The translations under genes were made by a program, and so were the position numbers. From a virus: a stretch of DNA of 13,856 nucleotides. Under the pieces are notes generated by a model that ran no database searches, was not told the DNA's origin, and saw only the letters and a program-made list of their open reading frames with translations. This document shows positions 1 to 5,980 of this stretch, piece after piece. Every line of letters starts with the position of its first letter. Positions within the stretch are counted from its first letter, which is position 1. The stretch lies in the IMG/VR virus record IMGVR_UViG_3300025000_001631; one strand, written 5' to 3'.

Positions 1-580
1 CCTCATGCTTTGTTCCTGCATGCGTTTTAGTTACTGCCCTCTCAAATTCATCCAGAGTTCCAGAGAAACATCCACAGACTACATATATCTGATTATCCCT
101 ATTTCTAAAGAAGGTGGTAAATGAGTCTCTTGAACCTATTGGTCCTACATATAGCCAATGAGCATCACTAAAGATTATAGCATTACCAAAGATTCTAGCA
201 TCACCAGAGACACTAGCATTACCAAAGATTCTAGCATCACTAAAGATTCTAGCATTACCAAAGATTCTAGCATTACCAAAGATTCTAGCATCACCAGAGA
301 CACTAGCATCACTAAAGATTCTAGCATTACCAAAGATTCCAGCATCACCAGAGACTCTAGCATTATCAAAGATTCCAGCATCACCAGAGACTCTAGCATT
401 ATCAAAGACACTAGCATTATCAAAGACCCAGGACTTACCTTCTTGACTTAAATTAGCTTCTCTTTCCAGGTATCCTCCTAATTCACCTTCTTCAACATCA
501 CCAAAAGACATTAGGGCTTTTATACGGAACAATGTAATTCCCCACTTAACAATTGAGTCCTCTGTTAATACATATTTCAT
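1..580 (-). CDS. Partial (runs off the 5' edge of the window) tandem-heptapeptide-repeat protein; N-terminus MKYVLTEDSIVKWGITLFRIKALMSFGDVEEGELGGYLEREANLSQEGKSW, followed by about 12 repeats of the form NARVSGDAGIF/NARIFGNA, then a C-terminal domain ...HWLYVGPIGSRDSFTTFFRNRDNQIYVVCGCFSGTLDEFERAVTKTHAGTKH
   Basis: Hand translation of the minus strand from the ATG at 578-580 is open to position 1 with no stop. A GAGGAGGG SD lies 6 nt upstream (rc of 584-596). The reading frame differs from both ORFs the track reports inside the repeat. The conserved-looking N- and C-terminal domains flanking the repeats recall a family of hypothetical proteins in Bacillus-group genomes and phages (from memory, not verified). 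Confidence 0.7.
   Translation of the reverse strand, partial: MKYVLTEDSIVKWGITLFRIKALMSFGDVEEGELGGYLEREANLSQEGKSWVFDNASVFDNARVSGDAGIFDNARVSGDAGIFGNARIFSDASVSGDARIFGNARIFGNARIFSDARIFGNASVSGDARIFGNAIIFSDAHWLYVGPIGSRDSFTTFFRNRDNQIYVVCGCFSGTLDEFERAVTKTHAGTKHE
161..423. repeat. Tandem array of about 12.5 imperfect copies of a 21-bp unit (plus-strand agcattaccaaagattctagc); it is coding, and gives heptapeptide repeats in the minus-strand gene
   Basis: The 21-nt periodicity with variants (atcacc/attacc, agagac/aaagat) is directly visible. All three frames on both strands stay open across the array, which is why the track reports mirror ORFs here. Confidence 0.9.
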
Positions 581-603
581 GATAACCCTCCTCTTATTTT
601 ATC

Positions 604-933
604 TTACACTATAGTAATGTGATCACTAAAAACATCTAAGGGTAACCACCGTACACTCTTATCCACCAGATATGGAGAAACATACTCAAACCCAATAAAG
701 TATCCAGCTAGTGTCTCAGCTATTTCCTCACTCCAGAAATTCTTATCTGAGATGTACTCCGCTATGTACTCTCCGGCTTCTTTAGGAACACTGATAGCAG
801 GCTGGATTTCCACCACTTTGATAGTACCTTCCATGAGGCTAGACCACCCAGTGCTAGGATGAATCTTGTAGTGCACATTAAGCACTATGGATTCACAAGG
901 TCTAGCTACACCTTCCATTGTAATTACATTCAC
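604..933 (-). CDS. Hypothetical protein, 109 aa, GTG start
   Basis: Track ORF. AAGGAGGT lies 8 nt before the GTG at 931-933. It is the first gene downstream of the promoter at 978-1006. Confidence 0.6.
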   Translation of the reverse strand: MNVITMEGVARPCESIVLNVHYKIHPSTGWSSLMEGTIKVVEIQPAISVPKEAGEYIAEYISDKNFWSEEIAETLAGYFIGFEYVSPYLVDKSVRWLPLDVFSDHITIV

Positions 934-977
934 TCACACATACCTCCTTATCTTGCGTGGGCTTCGCCCCACGATTA

Positions 978-1006
978 ATTTTACCATGGGCTGGGGGAAA
1001 AGTCAA
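978..1006 (-). promoter_or_regulatory. Sigma-A-type promoter, copy 1 of the reiterated module: -35 TTGACT (1001-1006), 17-nt spacer, TGg, -10 TAAAAT (978-983)
   Basis: Minus-strand sequence CCTTACTTGACTTTTCCCCCAGCCCATGGTAAAATTA. It is followed by the leader hairpin CGTGGG-GCGAAG-CCCACG and then AAGGAGGT. Confidence 0.6.
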
Positions 1007-1030
1007 GTAAGGTTAAATGGTATGAAAGCG

Positions 1031-1063
1031 TATAAGAAAACCCCACCTGCTAAGAGTGGGGTT
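1031..1063 (-). terminator. Rho-independent terminator after the 1072-1404 gene
   Basis: 8-bp stem aaccccac (1039-1046) / gtggggtt (1056-1063) with a 9-nt loop. On the minus strand it is followed by UUUUCUUAUA. It begins 6 nt after the TAG stop. Confidence 0.6.
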
Positions 1064-1071
1064 GTGAAGAA

Positions 1072-1404
1072 CTAGGTGGCAGGAGTAAAGTCCTGGACTT
1101 CTACTTGTAGGTCACCCCACCAGAAGCCATAATCAGTTAGGAGCACTGAATTGTCTTGAAGTAGATTGTGCTCTTCAATACTTGGCACAAAATCCCTATC
1201 TTCTGAGTATCTCACCCAAATTTCAGATATTTGAGCTAGATCCTTCCTCATGCTAGGGTGTGGCATGCTTTGTGGTATTAGTGCTAAAATAGTATTATCT
1301 GTGGATTCAAGAAACACATGATCTACACCCTCCCCTACGGCCTCTAGGGTAGAAATTATAGCCTGTTGGGTAGTGAGATTCTCCAGATTGATCACTGCAA
1401 TCAT
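1072..1404 (-). CDS. Hypothetical protein, 110 aa
   Basis: Track ORF. AAGGAGG lies 7 nt upstream of the ATG at 1402-1404. Confidence 0.65.
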   Translation of the reverse strand: MIAVINLENLTTQQAIISTLEAVGEGVDHVFLESTDNTILALIPQSMPHPSMRKDLAQISEIWVRYSEDRDFVPSIEEHNLLQDNSVLLTDYGFWWGDLQVEVQDFTPAT

Positions 1405-1416
1405 TGTATGGCCTCC

Positions 1417-2007
1417 TTAGCTTTCTATTATGACGTTACAATCTTTACAACCCCAGCAATAATCCACTACCTCACCCTGTTTGATATCTATTTGAACTTC
1501 TGCAGGTTTGTTACACTTAGGGCACAGTACCACGTCCCTAGGGGTAGGAGCCTTGTAGTGCTTACAGGAATCTGTGTGGATTAACTTGCACCCCTCGCCA
1601 TATGGGCCTTCAGGCCAAGGGGCATGGCATACTCCACCATCAAAGTGTACGCAACCTTTGGTATCAAGGGTGCCAATGTCAATTATCTCTAATTTAAGGG
1701 ACTCAGACTTAATCTCCTGAATATGCCCAGTATCATGTAAATACTTGATAATCTCATCATGGGTCAAAGTAGAGAATATACTAAGAACTTTAACCTGCCA
1801 CTGCTCACAGATACTCTCAGGATGTCCCACTATACGTTGTACAACCTCAGATAACTGATCCCATCTTATATACATTAATTCAGGTGCGGTGCAACAGGCG
1901 TCTCGGCTAACACGTTCAAACCCACTGAGATCTGTACCCTCTGGTAGCTCTGCTTTAATCTGTTTAATAACTTCCCCTATATTGCGTGGTGTTTCACTCA
2001 ATTTCAC
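1417..2007 (-). CDS. Hypothetical protein with a C-terminal Cys-rich zinc-ribbon-like region (CPKC-x18-CWGCKDC plus additional Cys/His); GTG start
   Basis: Track ORF. GGAAGGA lies 6 nt before the GTG at 2005-2007. Cys-pair spacing is typical of Zn ribbons. An HD-like string, THDEIIKYLHDTGH, is present but weak. Confidence 0.6.
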   Translation of the reverse strand: MKLSETPRNIGEVIKQIKAELPEGTDLSGFERVSRDACCTAPELMYIRWDQLSEVVQRIVGHPESICEQWQVKVLSIFSTLTHDEIIKYLHDTGHIQEIKSESLKLEIIDIGTLDTKGCVHFDGGVCHAPWPEGPYGEGCKLIHTDSCKHYKAPTPRDVVLCPKCNKPAEVQIDIKQGEVVDYCWGCKDCNVIIES

Positions 2008-2683
2008 TTACCGTCCTTCCAGCCATAGCATTGATAAATCTAGCAATATCACCATGAGTGAAGAACCGAGCATCGTCAAATACAAAGCGTATCTCTGATT
2101 TACAGGGTGGGGCTGTGTATATAAATTCCAGCTCCACTTGTTCTGATGAATATCCTGCCTTACGTATCCGAGCTTCAAAAAATTTTCCCACTGCACTAAC
2201 TAATTCAGGGCTTGACAATGAAGAAGGCATTTTCAGTATCATTTCTGGATAGGATCGGGCAGTGGCCCAATAGGATTCCATGCCTTCCTCATCTTTTATG
2301 ATATCGCTTAGAGTTTCATCAAACCACCATCTATGGAGATACTCACTTTCTGGGCCTTCTAACTGGAGGAATGCATAGTTAATGTCTTCACATAGAGTAG
2401 ACAAAGTGTTGCCCTCTAAGGGTAAAGCAATAAAGTCTGGGAACTGAGGATACTCACCCTCAGTGAACACAAGGTCATATATGTGCTCCACTACCTCAGT
2501 ACTAACACATGCCGGAGCATATACTTCAATGTGCTGATCTAGTTTAAGCCAAGCATACTTGAGGTCGGGTAGATTCTCCTTTACAAACTGTTCAGTGCTT
2601 AAACCACTGCGATGCTCTTCTTGGGTAAATACTAAGGTTTTACCCTCAAATTTAGAGAGGTCAACCTTCATTAATACTGTCAT
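1994..2683 (-). CDS. Hypothetical protein, 229 aa
   Basis: Track ORF. The ATG overlaps the upstream stop (ATGA at 2680-2683), suggesting translational coupling. Confidence 0.65.
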   Translation of the reverse strand: MTVLMKVDLSKFEGKTLVFTQEEHRSGLSTEQFVKENLPDLKYAWLKLDQHIEVYAPACVSTEVVEHIYDLVFTEGEYPQFPDFIALPLEGNTLSTLCEDINYAFLQLEGPESEYLHRWWFDETLSDIIKDEEGMESYWATARSYPEMILKMPSSLSSPELVSAVGKFFEARIRKAGYSSEQVELEFIYTAPPCKSEIRFVFDDARFFTHGDIARFINAMAGRTVSEIE

Positions 2684-2883
2684 CCCACTTCCCCCTCCAT
2701 GCTCTTAATATGAATCTTCTCGTTTACTTCATAGAATGGGACACCATCCGCCCATTGGCTGTCATCAATGAAAAGGACGCTATTAGAGTTTTTAGCAACA
2801 ACCTCTCTGAGCTGTTCTACAATACCATCCAGGTTACGTTTGTTGGCCGCATCTAAGGTCAATGTGATTGAAATTACTGACAT
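2680..2883 (-). CDS. Hypothetical protein, 67 aa
   Basis: Track ORF. AGGAGGT lies 7 nt upstream of the ATG. It is the first gene after promoter copy 2. Confidence 0.6.
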   Translation of the reverse strand: MSVISITLTLDAANKRNLDGIVEQLREVVAKNSNSVLFIDDSQWADGVPFYEVNEKIHIKSMEGEVG

Positions 2884-2933
2884 TATACATACCTCCTGTT
2901 TAAATTAAAGTAAGGTTCTCTGAACCTCCCCTA

Positions 2934-2962
2934 ATTGTTGCATGAAACCAAGAAAAAGTCAA
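2934..2962 (-). promoter_or_regulatory. Sigma-A-type promoter, copy 2: -35 TTGACT (2957-2962), 17-nt spacer, TGc, -10 AACAAT (2934-2939)
   Basis: Minus-strand sequence GGTACTTGACTTTTTCTTGGTTTCATGCAACAATTA. The leader hairpin is GGTTC-AGA-GAACC. The -35 directly abuts the terminator stem. Confidence 0.5.
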
Positions 2963-2990
2963 GTACCTCTAAGGCTTTCCTTAGAGGTAC
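2963..2990 (-). terminator. Rho-independent terminator: perfect 12-bp stem gtacctctaagg / ccttagaggtac with loop cttt
   Basis: It starts 5 nt after the TGA of the 54-aa ORF. On the minus strand it is followed by UUGACUUUUUCU, which doubles as the -35 of promoter copy 2. It is also followed by TTTTCTC on the plus strand, so it could act in both directions. Confidence 0.65.
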
Positions 2991-2995
2991 TTTTC

Positions 2996-3160
2996 TCACT
3001 TCTCTTGATAGAAGTTGCTAACATCCATTAAAGTTATACCGCTCATTATGTGACCACCTATAGCTGCTTCTACAGCTTGAAGTATCACCATTTCATCTTC
3101 TTCACTCTGGATTCTAACGTCTACAATTAATTGAACTACTCTTACTCCAGGTGACTCCAT
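2996..3160 (-). CDS. Small acidic protein (54 aa), absent from the ORF track: MESPGVRVVQLIVDVRIQSEEDEMVILQAVEAAIGGHIMSGITLMDVSNFYQEK
   Basis: Hand translation. Strong SD GGAGGAGGT lies 8 nt before the ATG at 3158-3160. It ends 5 nt before the terminator. It overlaps the 3' 47 nt of the 3114-3362 ORF in a different frame. Confidence 0.5.
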   Translation of the reverse strand: MESPGVRVVQLIVDVRIQSEEDEMVILQAVEAAIGGHIMSGITLMDVSNFYQEK

Positions 3161-3362
3161 ACCCTCTTACCTCCTCCAAATATTGAAGATAATCCTTGTG
3201 GTCTGCTAGTTCCTCAGGAGTTAACTTACTCTCATAAGCAGCCTTTCTACGCCGGACTAGCTCAGCGTGTAGGAGATCATATAGCAGGCCCGACTGTACA
3301 TCTGCTTTGAGTAGGTGAATCTGTTTTAAAGACATCCTGGATAGATCCTCTGATGTCATCAT
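3114..3362 (-). CDS. Hypothetical coiled-coil protein, 82 aa
   Basis: Track ORF. ATGA overlap with the upstream gene at 3359-3362. AAAGGGGAA lies just upstream. The true C-terminus is uncertain because of the overlap with the 54-aa ORF. Confidence 0.5.
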   Translation of the reverse strand: MMTSEDLSRMSLKQIHLLKADVQSGLLYDLLHAELVRRRKAAYESKLTPEELADHKDYLQYLEEVRGYGVTWSKSSSINCRR

Positions 3363-3589
3363 TTCCCCTTTCTAAAGTTAGGGCTAATTTTTAACCGGGC
3401 CCACTCTATTGCCGCTGGATATGCAAGATAGAACTTATCCACCATTTCTTCAGCTTCCTCCAAGGTAATGCCAAGGCTTTCAGATAATTTTTTATAGTCA
3501 GCTTGGGGTGTCATGTCTTCAACTTTATCGGTAATTATTGGTTTGCGTTCTATTCCACGTCTAAATAGATTAACTACATTAGTGTCCAT
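3359..3589 (-). CDS. Hypothetical protein; start trimmed to the internal ATG (MDTNVVNLFRRG..., 76 aa) rather than the track's 3631
   Basis: The ATG at 3587-3589 is preceded by GGGGG with an 8-nt spacing. The track's start at 3631 would overlap the upstream gene and has no SD. Confidence 0.5.
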   Translation of the reverse strand: MDTNVVNLFRRGIERKPIITDKVEDMTPQADYKKLSESLGITLEEAEEMVDKFYLAYPAAIEWARLKISPNFRKGK

Positions 3590-3624
3590 GTAACAAACCC
3601 CCTTTTGCTTTGATGCTAAATTCC

Positions 3625-3969
3625 CTACCATAACTTTAATATGATGTGATTACGAGAGTGAAGCGATGAGATAGTATCATCTGCTAACACATGTCCAAGA
3701 CAGCCGATTACGGCTAATTGGAAGGCACTGAAACTCAGACACAAAAATGGTAAGGACAGAATAAAGCAACCTAGTATGCTATGACAATGTCCTCTGTGAT
3801 GCATAAATGAAACAAGAGGGTTGAATCTTCCCAATATAGATTTAGGGTGGTCAATATCTGGTAATAAGCTAGCAAATATCACCACACAGACTAATACTGG
3901 ATTGTGAGTTATAAAGAGACCAATGCAAATTCCTATTACAAGATGTTCCAAAGCATTGAAGTCTATCAC
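3625..3969 (-). CDS. Truncated YdjM-family (DUF457) inner-membrane metal-dependent hydrolase, 114 aa
   Basis: LLPDIDHPKSILG, HRGHCHSIL and LGHVLADDTI correspond to the E. coli YdjM strings LLPDIDHPKSFLG, HRGFTHSLL and LSHILADMLT (recalled from memory). The protein is hydrophobic with multiple TM segments. The GTG start sits immediately after TAG-GGG of the upstream gene and is in frame with it. Confidence 0.7.
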   Translation of the reverse strand: MIDFNALEHLVIGICIGLFITHNPVLVCVVIFASLLPDIDHPKSILGRFNPLVSFMHHRGHCHSILGCFILSLPFLCLSFSAFQLAVIGCLGHVLADDTISSLHSRNHIILKLW

Positions 3970-3972
3970 CCC

Positions 3973-4433
3973 CTACCTAACTTTGTAATTAAAGGAGCTT
4001 GTTGATGTCTTAGCTGAATCTATCACATCCTCATCAATTATTCCTAGTACAGCAAAGGCATCGACTATTTCTTTATCCACTACTTCCACTATGCATTTCC
4101 TGGCGACTTCCATAGGTAGTTCTGCCACAATGATTTCTGGATCATAGTAGGTGTACCTTGAAGTAACTTTAGGCCTACTGGTGGGGATCTTGTCAATGCC
4201 TCCAGCAACTGATCCTCTTAAGGTAAAGAGGTTCTGCTCATCCATATACCCCTCTATGAAGGGCTTGAGGGCTTTTAACTCACTTTCTAGTTTATTTTTC
4301 TCTTTAGTCTTGGTGATGTAGTCGTCAATCTTAGCTTGAAGGTCTTTAGGCACTTTCTTAACTAATGCCACTTTGGTCTTGCTTGGAATTTGGGTAACTG
4401 CCCTCTTATCCTCAACTGCTTGTGTCTTTGCCA
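3973..4433 (-). CDS. Hypothetical protein (153 aa from MAKTQAVEDKRAV...) with an N-terminal coiled coil; resemblance to Gam-like host-nuclease inhibitors is weak and unverified
   Basis: Start trimmed from the track's 4503 to the ATG at 4431-4433, which has GAAGGAGGA 7 nt upstream and forms a TAAnATG junction with the upstream stop. Confidence 0.55.
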
Positions 4434-4435
4434 TA

Positions 4436-4675
4436 TTAATGTCCTCCTTCACCATTTGATCTTGTTGAAAATAGTTTTTCCAAGAAATCCATTCTTGATT
4501 CATATTCCCGGATGGCTTGGTCTAGATCAATTACCCTCTGAGTAGTGAAATACACCCTACTTGAAGGCACCCCTATATCCTCAATCCTGGTACACCAATC
4601 TCCATCACATAGTTTCTTTATGATAGAGACTTTTAACCTGTAGTTAAGACCACACTGTACCTTTGTAAGAACCAC
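4436..4675 (-). CDS. Hypothetical protein, about 79 aa, GTG start
   Basis: The track ORF (start 4720) reads through the promoter, leader and SD. AAGGAGGT followed 8 nt later by the GTG at 4673-4675 follows the same geometry as the gene at 933. Confidence 0.5.
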   Translation of the reverse strand: MVLTKVQCGLNYRLKVSIIKKLCDGDWCTRIEDIGVPSSRVYFTTQRVIDLDQAIREYESRMDFLEKLFSTRSNGEGGH

Positions 4676-4723
4676 CCATACATACCTCCTTCTAGTGCGC
4701 GTGGGGTTCTGTCCCATCATCTA

Positions 4724-4752
4724 ATTTTCTCACAAAACGAGGGAGAAGTCAA
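4724..4752 (-). promoter_or_regulatory. Sigma-A-type promoter, copy 3: -35 TTGACT (4747-4752), 17-nt spacer, TGa, -10 GAAAAT (4724-4729)
   Basis: Minus-strand sequence CCCTACTTGACTTCTCCCTCGTTTTGTGAGAAAATTA. The leader ...CCCCACGCGCACTAGAAGGAGGT shares the CCCACGC...AGAAGGAGG block with copies 1 and 4. Confidence 0.6.
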
Positions 4753-4769
4753 GTAGGGGTAGTTGTTAA

Positions 4770-4798
4770 GGGAAAATAAGAAGCCCATATTGGGCTTC
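4770..4798 (-). terminator. Rho-independent terminator: gaagccca-tat-tgggcttc (4780-4798) plus U-tract
   Basis: Perfect 8-bp stem. On the minus strand it is followed by UUAUUUUCC. It starts 2 nt after the TAA of the 4801-5052 gene. Confidence 0.65.
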
Positions 4799-4800
4799 CG

Positions 4801-5052
4801 TTATTTCCTCTGGAGTAGGGAATTTACAAGGGATGCTTGTAGGTATGCTGCATCTGTGGGGCTAGCTCTACTAATCATGTATCTTAATGTGTTTATCTCA
4901 TCCTCAATTTCATCAACGGCTAGTTCTGCCATCAGTACCTCTGGTTTTATCCATCGTCCTTGCACGTCCCTGTATCCAATTATATCACCCTTAAACCCTA
5001 TCTGTGGCTCATACCAATCCATTCTCTTCATGTCAATACCAAATGCCTTCAT
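4801..5052 (-). CDS. Hypothetical protein, 83 aa
   Basis: Track ORF. AGGAGGT lies 6 nt before the ATG. Confidence 0.6.
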   Translation of the reverse strand: MKAFGIDMKRMDWYEPQIGFKGDIIGYRDVQGRWIKPEVLMAELAVDEIEDEINTLRYMISRASPTDAAYLQASLVNSLLQRK

Positions 5053-5063
5053 TATACAACCTC

Positions 5064-5438
5064 CTACTCAGATTTCTCAACAGTTGAGTCTATATATTTC
5101 AATTTTATTTTCGCTAACAGCTCTCTATCATGTTTCTGGATACTCCTGATATTCTCAGTATCTTGCCAGAGTATAAAAGAGCCAAGTGTCCTGTGTCTTC
5201 TATAACCATCTTTGGAATATAGTCTTTTCTCCCAACCAGTATAGATCAATGAGTCTGTTAAGATATCAGGGTGCTTTTGTTCTGCTAACTGACGAATAGC
5301 ACGCCTCAACTCTTCATTTTTAGCTAAGTCATTAAGGATATTACCTGGATCATAAAAATATACTTTACCTATATTCTCACGCATCCATGGTGTGGCCTCC
5401 CTATGGTGCCATTCATCATAGTAGAATGTGTCATACAC
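5064..5438 (-). CDS. Hypothetical protein, 124 aa (GTG start). It is probably the distal part of a longer gene interrupted by an in-frame TAG at 5475-5477
   Basis: Track ORF. It has no credible SD: the nearest AGGAG is 14 nt away. The frame is continuous with the 53-codon ORF upstream through a single TAG. Confidence 0.45.
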   Translation of the reverse strand: MYDTFYYDEWHHREATPWMRENIGKVYFYDPGNILNDLAKNEELRRAIRQLAEQKHPDILTDSLIYTGWEKRLYSKDGYRRHRTLGSFILWQDTENIRSIQKHDRELLAKIKLKYIDSTVEKSE

Positions 5439-5477
5439 ATACGGAACACCAACTCCTAAGTGCTCTGCTAATTCCTA

Positions 5478-5636
5478 GGCTTCTATTAGGTATCTAGCCT
5501 TTGCAGTAGCACAATTACTTGATTCCCATAATCCTTGCCCCATATGTCTTCCTCTAATATGCCTAGCTGTTACAAGTTCCTTCTTGGAAAGTGGCCTAGC
5601 TGATATAGGCCACTTTAAAACAGGATGTTCAATCAC
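5478..5636 (-). other. 53-codon ORF (GTG start, MIEHPVLKWPISARPLSKKELVTARHIRGRHMGQGLWESSNCATAKARYLIEA) in frame with the 5064-5438 CDS; candidate N-terminal part of a TAG-interrupted gene
   Basis: GGGGGAG SD lies 5 nt before the GTG at 5634-5636. TAG at 5475-5477. It contains a perfect 10-bp inverted repeat at 5589-5615. Confidence 0.35.
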
Positions 5637-5647
5637 GCCATCTCCCC

Positions 5648-5980
5648 CTAGTTCACAGACTTAAACATAGTTACATCCCAGTAATTCACGCCTCCATCAA
5701 GGTCTATTAAAATTTCTGATAGCTTTTCTTTACGCCTAGGTTCTGTTTTACTAGTGACAGTAGCTTTCATTCCCTTGTATTTTTCCATATAGTGCCTAAA
5801 AGTAAATTGCCCTGGCTTATCCCCATCTTTAATATCTGTTCTTATGACCACCACACTGCCTACCTTGATCTTACTCTCCCACACATTTTCGGCATAAATG
5901 TTTATTTGTTCTTGGGTTAATTCCTCGCTATAAATCGGTACCAGTGGTACCGATTTCTTTTTAAATAACCAATTAAACAT
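5648..5980 (-). CDS. Hypothetical protein, 110 aa
   Basis: Track ORF. The start overlaps the helicase stop (TAATG at 5978-5982). Confidence 0.6.
   Translation of the reverse strand: MFNWLFKKKSVPLVPIYSEELTQEQINIYAENVWESKIKVGSVVVIRTDIKDGDKPGQFTFRHYMEKYKGMKATVTSKTEPRRKEKLSEILIDLDGGVNYWDVTMFKSVN

Noticed and set aside
175-423. Minus-strand ORF MIMLVSLIMLESL...
   Set aside because: It is a different frame from the SD-anchored minus-strand gene, made of repetitive low-complexity L/V/M residues. It is an artefact of the repeat keeping all frames open.
161-423. Possible CRISPR array
   Set aside because: The repeats are directly contiguous with no spacers, are imperfect at fixed codon-like positions, and lie inside a coding frame.
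158-451. Plus-strand ORF encoding SITKD(S/T)S repeats
   Set aside because: It is the mirror-image open frame of the 21-bp repeat array. It has no SD and sits on the strand opposite to every other gene. The minus-strand frame starting at the ATG at 580, which has a GAGGAGGG SD, has coherent N- and C-terminal domains.
887-1075. Plus-strand 62-aa ORF
   Set aside because: It spans the promoter, leader and terminator of the minus-strand cassette and has no SD.
2008-2196. Minus-strand 62-aa ORF
   Set aside because: It lies entirely inside the 1994-2683 gene in another frame and has no SD.
4763-5205. Plus-strand ORFs 4763-5149 and 4960-5205
   Set aside because: They are antisense to minus-strand genes that have an SD, and cross a terminator. 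They are low-complexity (S/I-rich).
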